Below, piece by piece: positions 24,641 to 40,039 of a stretch of DNA of 64,000 nt. The position numbers and the translations under genes were made by a program. The notes under the pieces were generated by a model. That model was given only the letters and a program-made list of their open reading frames with translations, had not been told where the DNA came from and did no database searches. The stretch spans positions 19,158,001 through 19,222,000 of the forward strand of contig CM022665.1 in the NCBI GenBank assembly GCA_012295275.1, in the 5' to 3' direction. This DNA is from Chrysomallon squamiferum. Its lineage: Eukaryota > Animalia > Mollusca. How positions within the stretch are numbered: the first letter of the stretch is position 1; the number at the start of each line of letters is the position of its first letter.

Positions 24641-27600
24641 CAGTTAAACGGGAATAGGTATAAAAGTATAATTTGTCTGTAATCGCATTTGCACAGAATA
24701 TGTATCAAACAATAGTTACGGCTACACCTTATTAAGAAATAACAAAACAAAGTGCAAATCTCTTATTTTTAGCTCTGTTGAAGTTCTGGTATGTTCAGAA
24801 TAACACTATATTTCATCCTGACATGTGTCACTAAGAACTCCACGTGAGACAAAAGATATTACAACAAAATATTAATTTTACTAATAAAATAATAAAGATA
24901 CCTGTCAACGCCACCATTTATTTGTAAATATGACTATTTGAAAATAACGTGCTGACAGAATTAACTATAAGATTTTAGTTTAATTATTTTGAATATGATT
25001 AATACTGATCATGTCCAATTAAAATCTGAAAAGAAAGACGAAAGCTAATGATGAAAAAAACTTCTTCATTCTGTGAACGCGTGTTTCTGAAATACAATCT
25101 ACCAGTGATAAACTTATAAATAGAACGCACTTTTCCTAAAATGTATCTTACTTTATCTCAGGAGCTGATCTGAGGATCATCAATCAATACTGGAAACCAG
25201 CAAATTTGTTGCCATATAATTAAATTTTAAATGTATAATAACAATTTGTAGCTGTGAAACTGCATAAATCAGGGGACATTATTTTTGTCAATTCTCTTTG
25301 AACGCAAACCTGTTACCACCTAAATAGAATTACATTCAAATATTTTGAAAAGTAATTTATCATTTATAAAATAAATAAACAAACAAATTAATAAATAAGA
25401 ACAACAACAATAACAACAAAATTAAAATTAATCAATAACAAAAAGTTATCAGAAAACATAAAAATGATCTTTGTATTTTAAGTAAAATAAATGAATGAGA
25501 AGTTTTGGTGGTCAGTATAAACAATATCATTTCTATTTATATTTGCATTTTTTCTAAGTTTATAATTAATAGTAATTAATCAGCGATCTGAATTAATAAT
25601 ACATAAATTAATGTTACCTATTTAATGTACTCGGTGTTTGTATGTTTTCAAGAACTAGGATTACTTATTAATAAATTATTTTTCGGCTTCTTCGTTCTTT
25701 CTGTTATTATTTAAATCCTGTTTCTGTGTGGATTGTTTTCATAATAATAAATATTAGATTGTTTACTGTAGTAGTAACAGTAGAATTAGTAGCTGCTGTT
25801 ACGTGTCATAGTGGTAATAACAGGTAGTAGTAACAGACATGTAGTAATAGTAGTAGTAATAGTTACAGAGCAGTAGCAGAGCAGTAAAAGAAGTAGTAGT
25901 TTTTTTGTTGTTTTTTTTGGCGCAATAGTATCAGTAACATAGTTGTAGTTTCTTCTTGTTATTATTTAGAAATAGACTCCAACATTTTTTTTATTTTGTT
26001 CTCTTCTTTTTTTTTGATTTTTTCTTTTTTCTTTTTTTTCTTTCTTTTTTTTTTTTTTCTTTTTTTTTTTTTTAAACAATATTTTTAAAGATTAGCTGTC
26101 TAATTTTGCAAACAGGGTTAGTTAATGTTGAGAACTGTAGTATAATCAACTTCTTTGGCTGCCTGCAGATTATCTGAGTTAACAAATTATCTAGCGTACA
26201 AATGCAACGCACAGCACTCTAACGAGTCTAAGGGATTGTCTGGCTGTCCCATGGCTGATAACTCTAATTAGTTACCTCTCCTTTCACGCTTCTCTTTTAA
26301 TCGGATTTATCATGTATAGAAATAAATAAATGGTTGAATTCGAGTGGTTGTAATGGCATTCATTTCACTGGGGGAAACAGTTCTGAACAAGTGCTATGTA
26401 ATTATCAACTCAGCCGAATCATGTTAGCATCACGTCGGACATTTTACAATCTATTCGGTGGGATAAATCACGAAAAACACTGTTTGTTGATGAGAGCACG
26501 GAACGTTTTCTTTGTCCTAAATTTAACAATAAATTATTACGGTAAAGTGTAATCCATTAATGCACGTACAGAGACAATACAGTGAGTTAAATATTTATCA
26601 TTAAGCAGATTTCCGGACATAAAATAAGTTGTCCTTGCGAAACAACAACGCAGTATAAAGTAAATTTTATCTGAGTTGACTATAAACGTAAAAACTTTAT
26701 AGCCGTTTCTCTAGTTTTTGTAATTTTATGACTGTATATATCTTATATCGCGTCTTTAATGGCGAACAAGTAGTAATCTAGCCGTAATCATATATATATA
26801 TATATTCATTTTATTTTAGAAACTAGGTGTACGCTGAGGTCAATGAGTCTGATTGGAAAGAAGGGGAAATAGATGATATAAGCAGAATATTTTCATTATT
26901 GTTTATTTCTCGCTTTTACATCGCTGGGAAACAACAACAAAACACCACAATCAGTTTGTTACGATTCGATGTGCTCGACACTCTTGTAGGCGTAACGAGA
27001 ATCCCTTTCTCTTTCCTTCCCCAAACTCTTTTTCTGCGACAGACGTTTTCACCTGGCTTCGTCAGAGAGCGTGACTGTCGCAAATGTGCTTCACTGCAGC
27101 TCGCTCTGATTAGCACGTTAATGTTTTCACTCACTCACTCACGGAAATAAAGCATGATTTGGTAGTAAACGCAGATCACTCAGAAGAAAATACAAATAAC
27201 CCAGACCAGCTTACAAAATAGAAATACAATGGATAGCAAAGAACCATTTCTAAAGGCCAGTAAACAGTACAAGGATGTAATATTAAAATATCTAAGAACT
27301 GGAAAACAGAACAGAAACTTACAGGTCTTAGTAAATATTTACACCAGGTGGGTTGTTTTTTTTTGGGGTTTTTTTTTTTTATTCTTTAAAAACACGACAA
27401 AACGACTGCAGTCAACCACATTTAGAAACTATGTACCAATTCTTTAATTAGTTGATAGCACTCCAAAATAAGATTTTAACACAGATTTATAAAGTAATAC
27501 ATTTTAAATAGCCCTTTATTAGAAACTGAAATACTTACAGTATTAAGGACACCAGTGATTCAGGTCAATGCAACATAATTAATTAATATAATATGAAAAT

Positions 27601-28053
27601 TGTATATTGCATATAAGCTTTTTAATTTTAGTGTTTGAAAAGGATATTTTCCCTCACTCATGGTTAATTGGCCAATTTAAAAAAAAGGTGATGATAAAAT
27701 TAATCCAGAAAATTAAAGACCTAATACATTACCTGGAAAACCTTTTACTACTGTGTTAAATAATAGCCTTGAAGTTGTATCTTGAAATATATGATACACT
27801 TTCAAAACTTCAAGCAGAATTAATGAAGGATTATTGTACAAATGATTATGCTTTCACGTAATAGATTTTAGAATATCAATTTTCAGGACAATTAATCTAT
27901 ATAACAGACTTTTTCACTTACTATACAAATTATTATCATTAAGTTGATAGTTAACAAATATCGAATCACTACGTTTAACGGTACCTTGAGTGTAGTTAAC
28001 AAAAATAAATATTGCTTAAATCAAGTTAATTTTAAGCCTTATTTTTTTTAATT

Positions 28054-28436
28054 TATGTACATCGTCTACCTTGATACGCTTCAGCAGTTCCTCGAACTGT
28101 GTTTCAGGAATATGTTCTTATCCTCTAACTGTTCGAGAATACGTCAACACAAACTTTCCGGATTGATTGATTGACCTTGCCCACTGTATTTCTTTGCGTG
28201 GGTTTTCATAATAACATAAGTTTATCTCCAGAAGGTCAGTAGTTTAATTCAATTTAAAGTTGACACGAAATGTTTGAAAATTTATTTCGCCTTGAAGGAT
28301 AGATACAGGTACAGTGGGTGCACACGTTGAAACGTCACAATAAAGTTTTGACTTATGTTTTATAAATCTGTATATTTTTGTTTCATAATTTAATAATAAA
28401 CCCAAAAGTTTTCATAAATCTGTCAGGGACACCGTT
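28054..28436 (+). mobile_element. Tc1/mariner-superfamily transposase remnant
   Basis: Fragments YLDTLQQFLE, VREYVNTNFP, a degenerate DL.P..FFAWG motif, GAHVE, and a GGGACAC terminal motif. Confidence 0.6.
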
Positions 28437-29149
28437 TATTTATATTTAGTGTACGTCCTTCACTCTGGTGTGCCCCTGTTGTCTCGAAAATATTTACATG
28501 ATTGTTTCTTTTTAAAACTTCACTGAACGTATGTAATTTTAAATAACTGTTTATTTTTAATTGATAAGGATCTCCATATAAATGTGCGTGGTGCTTTCCT
28601 TATTGATTAAAGTAATCAGTTGACTGAAACAAATACTGCTTATAGCAAACTTTCTGAGGGCTATACTATTTGATAAAGTAGTAATACAAATGCAAATTTA
28701 AAGTTTACTTTTTCATTCGTTTTGCAATCCCTGGACCCCTATTTTCAATCTTTATTAGATTTAAATCCTAAGAATAACAACTAATCTGAAATCGTTGTTC
28801 TACTTTTTTTTTTACAGTAAGTTCATAAGTCTCAGAAGATAATGAAAACCTCTTTGTTATTTAATTTTAATTTTAAAACGTTAAAGGAAAACAAAACGAA
28901 GCAGTGTAGGAAGCAACTGTAACACCGCTTTCGTCTGGACTCCATTCCTGCAAAGTTATCGATTACTTACAATCCACCGTAGCAGCCAGCTGTCTTTCAC
29001 TGGAGAGCAAAGTTAATCTATCCTCGCCCACCAGTACATCACAGGTGATTCGAATAAATTAATGAGTCCAGAAAGTTCTTCCAAGAATATGCGATAAACG
29101 AATAAATCAATCAATAAATAAATGTGACTTTTAAGTGAAGTAAAAAGTT

Positions 29150-29435
29150 AAAACATCAAACTGAAGATCGTTCCACATCAAACTCACAAGAAGTTTCTGT
29201 TATGATATGGACAGGGAAAAACCAACCAACAATACACTTATGATGGGAGACTTCAAAACGCAAAAAGGGAAAGAAATGAACCCTAGGAAAACAGCAACTG
29301 GCACATCTGTGTACATTTTATTAAACGAAGGAGGCGATACATTGGTAGAATGGGTAACATCAAGAAAGTACACAATCACGAATACCATGTTTTCAAAGAA
29401 AGCAAAAGAAATGGACGTAGAAAAGTCCAAATAGA
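29150..29435 (+). mobile_element. RTE-clade LINE AP-endonuclease fragment
   Basis: ORF 29207-29434 MMGDFKTQKG...NEGGDTLVEW...TITNTMFSKK followed by a WT*KSPN remnant. Confidence 0.75.
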
Positions 29436-32400
29436 GTAGGGAGTCAGGCTCCAGTTGTTACAAGGGGACGCGTAGTGGTTCCGTCCATAGCAAATTCTAC
29501 CCTTCTAAGATCAGCCATGCTTAAAAATTTGATTTTGGTAGCTACATGTAGTTAATGTATAAGAACTTTTATAGTGTTATGTCTGTGATTAGCTATGGTT
29601 TAAATGTATGATGAGTGAAATAAAAGACATTGATCGTCAGAGACATAATAATCATTGATGTAAAAACAATGTCTTACTGAAGTGAAATGAACTGAATACG
29701 GATGTTGCTGTGCAGAAGCCCAAGAGCTAAACTCTAAAAACATGAACCTCATAAAACACAGATCTTTACATTGGTTAATTCCGTTTAGCAGGTTACAATA
29801 AAGTTTTCCTGGAACCGGTAGATATTACAACAACAACAAGCAGTAAGTTGCTGAACAGACTGGAGCAGTACCACTAAAGCAGTCGGGGGTGTACAAGATG
29901 CATTACATGACCCAATAAAGCGTTTTGTCTATCAAATGACATGTCTGCATTATGGGATGTCTGTCTTTTGGGAGGGAACCATTATTTCCATCTCACATGA
30001 TTGATAGCAAGCGGGGTTCTAAAGCGTGAAAGCTTCTTTTAGCACAACATTCTACAGGGCCGCAGCACTGGTCCAAGTTTGTAAGACGAGGTAGGACACA
30101 AACACTATTTTTTAACCTAAAACTGAAATTTTGAGTTAAACATAATTTCTTTATATCTCGCTTCACTGACGATATACTGTTACGTACAGTACGCCGTATA
30201 AACTAGAAGGAACGCTACCGCACTAATTAAATATTCTTCAACTATTCACAGACACAGACACCTTTATAGTTTTCAGTTAGGTACAAAAAAGCAAAACAAA
30301 CAAACAACAACAAAAAAAAGAAACACCTCATTTGTCTAAGCAGAACGATGTCTTTGTTTTTGTTTTGTATTATTATTATGTGTTTTTTATCCTTTGACAT
30401 TCAGTAAACGTTGGCCACCAAAATGTAATAAACAAGGTGGACAGATTTAATTGTTTGCCATCGCTGTGATATATATTTAAAAAATAACTTCCTTATTATA
30501 CATCATAACTTTTGATCATAACAAAAAAAAAAATGTTTTGATCCAAAAAGCTTTTATTCTATTCCATTTTTTAATTTTTAATTCATTTTTTTTTTTTTTT
30601 TTTTTTTCTTTTAACGAAGAAGAAGAAAAATGAAAATAATAATAATAATAATATTTTAAATAAATAACTGTAATTAAAAATAAAAAGAGTAAAGAAAAAA
30701 CTTCAAGACATTTTGAAGACAGTTATACTTAACAGTGCCCAGAAATGAGATTTGTTATCGATTGCCTGGCTCTGTTTATTATGTGTTTTAATTATTTTTC
30801 TCAGTAACAGCTTTAATTATATTGATTTTTATGTTGCATGACAAGCAGTGACTTGAATTCAACCCTCTTAAACACATCATGTCAGTGATAGATCTATTTA
30901 ACTTACATTTGATTCTTCATTCACAATTTCTTTTCTTTTTTTATTTCTTAAGCTTGCTACTTAGGTGCGTCTGCTTGCAGTTCACTCAGTCCACTGAAAT
31001 AGAAAAACAACAAAAATGTTGTGCATTTTATTACTTAAAATCAACACAAACAATTTCCGTCATACTCTCAGTTTTCATTCCTATAGAATCTGAATAGCTG
31101 ATTCTATTTTAATGTCTTTTCATGTTCGTATCTGACTCAGTCGGTCACAGGTTGACAGTGGTGTATGTACAAACGTATGCACACACACCTGTACGCTCGC
31201 ACACTTAATCTACAAAGTCTTAAACGGAAATTAAAAGTTTCCTGCTTCATGAATATTAAGGCCCTGAGCAGCTCCATTGTGTGTACGTCTCTTCCTTCAG
31301 ATAACTCCACTGTCATACAAAACTCTAAATTAATTCACCCTAAAAGATGACATTCATGTTGACAGTTGATACCTCCAGACTCCAGAGCACTTTCAAAACT
31401 GCAGCACTAATTTAGCATTCGTCTAGTATTTGACGACTGTTGTTTATATGTATGTAGATGAACGTGTGTGCGTGTTTTTTATTTTATTTGTTTCGATAAA
31501 TAGTTACAGATTTCAGTTAAAGATAAATGTACACATTATTTCAGTAACAGCAATATATTCATTCTTTTGTTATTTCAGATACGTGAATTTATTAACAAAC
31601 TATTATTGCCAGATGCTGCTATGCAATAGATTTTTTTTCATTTTTTTTTTTTCAATATCAAAATAAAACAAAAGAAAATCTCTATATTTACGCAAGAAAA
31701 CAGTTTTACTTAAGACTGAAAATGCGCTAATTAAATAACGTCTTTTTTTTTCTTTTTTTTCATTAACATTCATGACATGATCAGAAGGTAAATGAATATT
31801 TTCCCATTGTATTCCATTATATCAAAATTATAAAATGAATCTCTTTCGTAACGTCAAACAAAGAAACAAACCAACAGAAGAAGTGGAACATGAATGAAAA
31901 TTGAAAAGAATATATTACATTAAAAGAGCAACCTTCTCACAACCACTTAGAGCTGTCACACATTCAGATGTGTGTCTGTGTCCACGGGTCAGAGAAGATA
32001 TTTAACAGAAGAGAGCTGACATATTTTTAAAAAAATGAATATCTTGCAGACCACATTTACTCAGGTTTTGCTAAAATCCTAGATCCTTTTTGATGAGTCT
32101 ATGATAAACTAAAATAATCTGAAATAAAAAACCATAAGTAATGTTTGTTCAGATTTCTACATTATTACAAGTTTTATTTTGAATGTTTTATAATCATAGA
32201 AAGGATCTTACACCTTTAGAGATCAACAGAAGGAGTTATTTGTATTTTTACTTTTTTCTACCGACAGAAGCAGCTCAAAAAGGCATCATATTTAATATAT
32301 CTATTATGAAAGAAAATACATCTTAAAATCCCTCGAAGAAACTGAATCTCAAGCCTCACAAAGGCAAACGAAAGTTTTAAGTATTGCTTCTTTATTCTAA

Positions 32401-34409
32401 TAAACAATGTCAAAGTGGATTGTTTTTAATAATTTAGATTTTGTTTTCACCATTTCCTCAGCAGTATGAATGAACGTATTTGTCATACTTAATATTATTT
32501 TTTAATCTGTTAGATTTTTTTACATTTAAGTCCTAATGTAAGTAAACAACCTGGAAGTGAGTTATTGTAATTATGTTTAATATGTAATGTTTGCTTTCTT
32601 TAGCATTAGTAAACAATATGACAGTACATTTATTACAGTTAATATTATATTTATACAGAGATGTGATAGGAGTGCTGAGGAGGTTTAATCACATGCAGTA
32701 TCCTAACATCAAGACAATGACTATTTCTAATGGACTTTGGTCAAACGTCATGTATTTTTACGTATACAGTAATTATTACTGTCGTTACTTTAAGGTCATT
32801 CCAGACTGAACGTTATCATCACTAGCTCTTTCTCTATCGTTCCCTGTCTCTGCATGTTACCAGAGTTTTAAGTTGAATAAAACTTGATGTAAATATGTAC
32901 AAGAGGTTCAATGACTAACATTAAATTATTTATTTGTATTCATCTCGTCTTATATCGGTTTCTAGATGATAATTACTAACTAGATTACTCTTGTATGTTT
33001 ACATCGATTTAAGAAACACAAAATCACACAATAGAATTCCGTTGTCCAGCCTCCAGCTAAATCAACCGTTTCAGGAATGAAATTCTTCTTGTCGCCCTGA
33101 ATGAGATTTAGTAGGCGTTCTTTCAGACATCATTACGCAACCACCAGTAGAGTCTAGTAACTAGGCCACAGGCGGGTTTTTCAGTACGTATCACTCCTTG
33201 TTATGGAATAATCTAAATAGTTAGAAAGGAATCAAAACCATTCATGACCATTACATTTTTTTTCACTTATTTTTAAATTTAAGAATATTGTTTTTATGAA
33301 GACAAGTTTTTTTGATATGTAAATGTCTAATAATACAAATAAAATTTTAAAATTATTTTGATAAAATACTTGAGTGAAATAATTAGTGATGTGTTTCTGT
33401 ATATACGTATTTTTCGGAACGTCAGTTGTTTTATATGTTCACAAAAACTGGTTTCAAATCAACGCTATTATTAATACCAAAAATGTTGTGATTATATGAA
33501 AATAACGGATGATGATATGCTTAAATGCAGAAAAGTCTTCAAATTTATTGTAGTTTTATTTTATTTCAAGAAAGAAAAGCAGAAAATGAATATTTTATTT
33601 CTTTTACCTACCACCCTATAATTTACATTAACAATAGTTACCTTGTAAGATAAAGGAAACAGCAGAAATCAAAGTAAAAAAGAAAAACAAATAACAAACG
33701 TCAAGGATTCTTTTTTGTTGTTCTTGTAATGTTTTACATGAGAGGAAACAAACTGCCATGTACACGCCATCGAGTATCATTTCAGTTACCAGCAAGTTAT
33801 AATTTTACGTGAACCTTTTCAAGAACATAGAAAGAACTTTCCTTTCAGTCTTTATAAACAAGTACGAAATATCCAGTTTTTCATTTACTTCTGTCTTCAG
33901 TTAATATATTCATATATTTATCACCTTAAATAACATAACAGCTGTCCATCAATATTTATATATCAGATTATATTTTTCTCAAAACTAATTATAAATTATA
34001 TGTTCAGATTTCAGATATTAGTGGCCAGAAGAAAATATTTTAACTAAGTATAAGAACAAAGACTTTATTTTAGTATTGTTTTGTTTTTTAAATAACCTTT
34101 TATCTAACTATAGTCTACGTGTATTCAGTCTAACATTATAATGTCAGTTATTACATTATTCAAAAACAAATAAAACAAATAATGTAAAACAATTTTTTTT
34201 TTTTATTTTTTTTTTTTTTTTTCTCTCTGATTCACAACAATTTTTTGTTTTTATTGTTTTTTCAAAGAAAATCCTTCCACCAATCGGGAAATAGTTTGTG
34301 AAATCTCTGAAGGAGGCGAGAACTTGCAATCCATCATTCCTCGGGCGAATTTTCTACGACTGATGAATAATGTAATGTAATGTTCGACATCTCAGTTTAT
34401 TCTAATGTT

Positions 34410-34600
34410 AAATGTCAGTAGATGAGAGAGGAAAGCCGCCCTGACATTTCACTGGCCACTGTTATGGATTAGCAGCAAGGAATCTTTTCTATGCAGTTTT
34501 TCATAATTATTAAAAAGAAAACCACGATCTTCGAGAAATCACACCACAGTGAAAAGCAGGAACAGGAAATCAGCTGTGTTCAAGAAGTCTGGTCTTGCGA
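34410..34600 (-). mobile_element. Molluscan SINE copy (related copies near 6285-6390, 33735-33840, 43520-43740, 47150-47330)
   Basis: Shared core GAGAGGAAA(C/G)C.GC...(G/C)CAGCAAG..AT.TTT in several orientations; resembles gastropod SINE cores recalled from memory, so family name not asserted. Confidence 0.5.
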
Positions 34601-37600
34601 CCAATTACACCTTATTAACAACGACCCACTTCTGTCATTAAAATAAACACAAATGTGTTTATGTAGAATACACTGAATCTTTTATAAGCTTTAATTAAAC
34701 TCCAGAGAAACAATATTCTGATTAACTGTAATAAGTATATTTTTACTTTCTTTTATTATTATTATTTATTTCTCGTGTACATTTTATTTTTCTCAAACGA
34801 TTTTCTTGAAGCGAAATACCAAAAGTCCAGTCCGTGATATAAATACATAATCAATACTGTATAAAGTAAAAAGAAACATCTTGTATATTAATATATATAT
34901 GAACACAGCCCATGTTTATTATTGATGTCATTATATATTATTTCATTGCAAATAAGGACAGAAATAAATAAATATTAAATGGATTCTTTTAGTCTAATCT
35001 AGTGCATACGTTGTTTATCTTTACATACACTAATTTTTTATTTCGATAATGCAACAGGAAAAAAATTATTATTATTATAATTCAGATAGCATGACAAATA
35101 TGTAAGTGATATTTGAACTAAGTTACTAGTATTAGAGTACTGAAATAGTCTTTGTGAAATTAAACCTCACAGTTTCGAAAGCAGTATAACACTGAGGCTT
35201 TGTTTTCCGTTGTGGCGTGGAGACAACACGTGACTTCACCTAGATCCAAGGGTTTGTATTCAAAGCAGTTCGACTGAATAACCCAGAAAAAGTACCGTTG
35301 TTCGAAGCATTCTTTCTTTGTTAATGATACAAAATAATTACATGTGACACCTTTGTACTCAGCACTCTGTTGAAAACTCGATGCACGGCGCTTAATGGAC
35401 GGGATTTGAAAAATTTTGCGAACCATCAGCTGCAGTGAGAAGCTATTTTACAGACTGAAGATGACCGTTCGACATCTCAGTTTTTCCTCGATAAATATTG
35501 TTTTGGTAACTTCAGTCTTTGAAGTATATTTCTATTATTCAAAATTAAAATGAACATAATAATAATATTAACTTACTACGCGTTGTCGTGTGACAGACGT
35601 TCATTTCTAGAAGCATGTTTTATGCACATGTATTTTAATTAAACACATTTCCAATTAAATGTTTGCCTCTCTCTCTTTCACCATACTGCTATCAATAACA
35701 TGCATTCCCTGTCATTTTAACTTTAGTCAGGCATGGAAAAAAACACACACAAAAAAACAACAAACTGAACTTAAAATGTCGTAATTGAAAACAAATAATA
35801 AAAGTTAACATTTACTTAAGATACGGCCTTCCAGCAAGATGACCCACATTGAATCTGGATAATCAATAGCTTATTAAAATATGATCACAACTTCACATGG
35901 GAAAGTAATACTAGTGGAAATATTTTCTCATGTGGTCCAATTATAAACAGAGACTGAGATATTATTTTTCATAGGCTTTGAAGCAGAGAAGTTTTATATG
36001 TCACGATCATTTAACATAGGAAAACATTAGATCTAAAACATGAAATTAGATTAATAAAGAATTCTTAAACAGATTTAAAATGTGTTCTCCTATTTAACTT
36101 TACAAACCTATTATAAAAAATGATTTAAAAGAATATAATATAATAGTAATAAACAAATAAATGAAATAATATTTAATATCGTCGACTAATGAGGTTAGCA
36201 TTTCCAAAGCTGCGAGTCCAATTTCAGACACTCATTAATCGATATATTTTTCGAATTACGTTATATTTCCTTATCCTATGTTGCAATAACTTTAAGCAGA
36301 ATGATTTTTTTGTAACGAGGCTTATGTATGACATATTACTTTGATGTTTTACCCAATGGCAAAGATAAAGAAACAATTAACTACAGAAGTACAAAACTCT
36401 TTTGCGAGTGCGTTTGACAAATGAGCTTTTTTATCGTCTGGACATATTTTTTTCTCTTTCGACACTCGTTAATCGGCTTTCCAGTAATAGTATAACATTT
36501 TGTCTTAGCTCATTCTAGAAGACATTCCAAGGATTTTGAAGCATCAGTCACTAATACAATGTTTGCTATAGTGATGTCCTTTGTTAATATTCGATTATTT
36601 TCGGTGAACATAAAAAAAAAAAAAATTATAATAATAATAGTTATTTGGATACAATAAATAAATAACTGAATCAGACAAAAAGAAACAAAAAGAAAATTGA
36701 AAAATAATAAAAAGTTGTAAATGAAATAGTCATAGAAATAACTAATGACCGAGTTAACATTATTCACCGAGTCAGTAAAAGGCGCCCGTACGGGTCCAGT
36801 TTGTAAATACCACTAGCAAAGAAACAGAAGTTATAATTATTACAGTGTCTGCACACACTGATTTCAGCAAATTTGGTTAATGAAATGAGAGAAAAAGAAA
36901 TTAACAATATTATTACAAAACGGTGGTTTCCAGAGAATTCTGTACGTACTACACGGAACTGATCAGTGAACTAATATAGAACTCAGTGTTCCCATTCTTA
37001 ATCCCGTCCTACAAAATGTTGTTTATTCATCTATCAGTGTTTCTAACATCCATCATCCTACTATCATTTGTATCCATTTCTTTAAGCTTAATGTATCTAG
37101 ACGACCACCCGAGCGACCTGAGAGAGACATTGGCATTCTAAATAATAATACAGCAGGTACAAAAAGTACATTTAAATAGTTTCTCAGAAACATATTTTGT
37201 AAAGTCCTCAGGAGGATGGGATACTCAATAAATTATCTTTGTTATTGTATAGCCTTTACAGCCTTTAAGAATGTACCTCGATACTGACAACAACTGCAAC
37301 TTGTTAAAAGAAAAAAGATGAACCATCTACAAATTTACATTTCAGCTTTCCATATATTTAACATAATATATTTTGTCGGAAGAGTCAATTCAAAGTTAAA
37401 AAAGACCAGTAAAAATGACAAATGTTCTCCCCTGTGATTCCAGCAGTTCTCTAATCTCTGGCTATTAATGCCCAAAGAGCAGACTGGCCGGGAGACTGCG
37501 TATTTAGCATGCAGACAAACTAGCTACCATTTCAGTTAAAAAGAAAGGCTATTTAATAAACAAGTGTCTAGCGGGTGTTGTTATACACAATCAACCTGGT

Positions 37601-37689
37601 GAACAACATCCGCTGTCTCAGAAGAATACATCACTGTCAGCTGACATTAGATAATCTAACTGGTCAGTCCCCTCACATTTACTTGATTA

Positions 37690-37751
<62 letters not shown>

Positions 37752-38919
37752 TTTAAAAATTAAAATAAATAAACAAATAAATAAGTGAATGTATAATAAT
37801 GCATGTTTTTCAGTTACTAAAAGTATTAATTATTTCTTTACGTGAAAGAAACTCCATCAGCGAATAAAATAAAATACAAAACGAACAAACAAACAAGCAA
37901 AGCTAAACAACAACCAGAAGGATTCAATACAAACAATAACCAAAACGTAACAAAACAAAGCAAAGAAAGCTAAACATAGAAAGTAAATAAGTAAATAAAC
38001 AAAACAATATGAGGAAAACAGAACAAAATAAATTTAAAAAAAAAAAAAAAAAAAAAATAAAAACAACAAAACAAAACAAAAATAACAAAATAAATAAATA
38101 AGAAACAAACAAAACAGAAGAAAAAATACAAACAACAGCTGTAAATCAAAACAACCTACATCAAGTGTAACAAACAACGCACTGTAATTAAACAGAAATC
38201 TGCTGAACGCCTTTCGACGTGAAACTACTATCACCGTGCTGTGGCAATGCGAGTAAAGGACTCGTACACCTACGCGATTCTCATTCCCACGTATTTCGCA
38301 GAACAATCATTAATTTATGCAGAGATACTGTCGTACGCACTGATGAATAAAAACCCTTGGAAGCCGCGCCTAAACTATTCTTTTGAATCCTGGAATTGCC
38401 AGCGTCAGGTAGGTCTCAGTGAAATGTTTGTTTCATATCAAGTTTCTAATTTATTAGACTACTTTTTATACAGATACTTAAAGAGAAAAAAAAAAGAAAG
38501 TTATTAATTTGAAATTTATTTTATTATAATTTAATGTATAGTAATGTAATTATGTACGTATGCTTTTTTTTTTCTTTTCTTTTTTTTTTTAATTGTGTGT
38601 ATTTACTGAATACGCGTATATTATTTTATTATTTGTTTTTCGCGCTTACATTAGTATTTTGAAAATATATCAATTCAGATATCTTTCCTCGAAGGATAAA
38701 ACCTTTTGTCTCATAAAAAGTATTAAGAAATGATGGTTCACTGTTTAGATATATATATATATATTAAATTAATGGAAAAAATATAGCAATGGTATATCTG
38801 GACCAAAATGTTAACAAAATATATAGTTCTTAAAAAAAATGTGATATAATAATAAAGTAAAATAAAATAAAGTAAACAGCAACAGCAACAGCGAAAGCAG
38901 CAACAACAACAACAACAAC

Positions 38920-38955
<36 letters not shown>

Positions 38956-39901
38956 CACGAATTTAAAATTTTGTAAATGAATTTTATTACTATTCTTTTA
39001 AAAGTTTAAAATATTATTTCTGATATAATTATTCTTATCAGCACATTGTTTAATATATGAAATATATCTTTTTAGCCTAAAAATTATAATGTTGAAGATC
39101 TATAGAATTAATTCAAACTATATAAATATAAAACAACGAATGTTTAAAATAATCATTCATATATATATGTATGCATAATTATTATAACGGTGCCAGTGCC
39201 TAAAGTGCTCGTTATCGTGTATAGGGTTTTAGAAAACTATGACTAGGATTGGTAAAATAGTTAAAGACGGAACTGATCACGGGAGAATCAAGTTAATACG
39301 TTAATATATATATATATAAACAATACGCCGTTAATGAAATAGATTACACTGCCGAATTGAGGTATCAAAAAAAAAAAAAAAACAAATATCTTACCACATC
39401 AATTTAGCAAGGCTAAAGTTTCATATTCTCTCGCGTGACCTCTGTGTTCATCAAACGGAAAGGCTGTCGTGTGCAAACTGCCTGCTTGTTGCTTCCCGAA
39501 CCAGAACTGAACATCGAAGCTCAATATGATATTAGATTCCTGCGACGTCCGGAATCAAAGAAAAAAACAAGAAGCTAACCGGGTGGTCAAATTTCAAAGC
39601 TGTGTTAGTTTGTCACATGAAAGTCGGCGTATCGTGGCAGCAAATTAAAATAATAAAATAAAAACTGCATTTGAAAGTTCGTCATTGCGTATTTTCCTGT
39701 AAAATAGTATCACGGATGATCAAACACAATTTTGGTTATTTGCATATATCTGCAGTTAAAGGCGGTTCATTTATTGATTATAATTATCAACACACATTCA
39801 TTTAATATTTGTCAAGATTATATATATATATAAAATTAGTACGTTAATAAAATATCTTCAGTTACTAAAGAAATGCATCTGGTGAAACACAGTTTCATGT
39901 A

Positions 39902-39933
<32 letters not shown>

Positions 39934-40039
39934 CTTGTATGCATGTACAACGAACGAAAATATTTACGAATTTACGTATGTGCAGTTTCTTTCAGAGAGT
40001 ACTAGGTATTATTTACATGACTTACTCTTTATGAATGCA

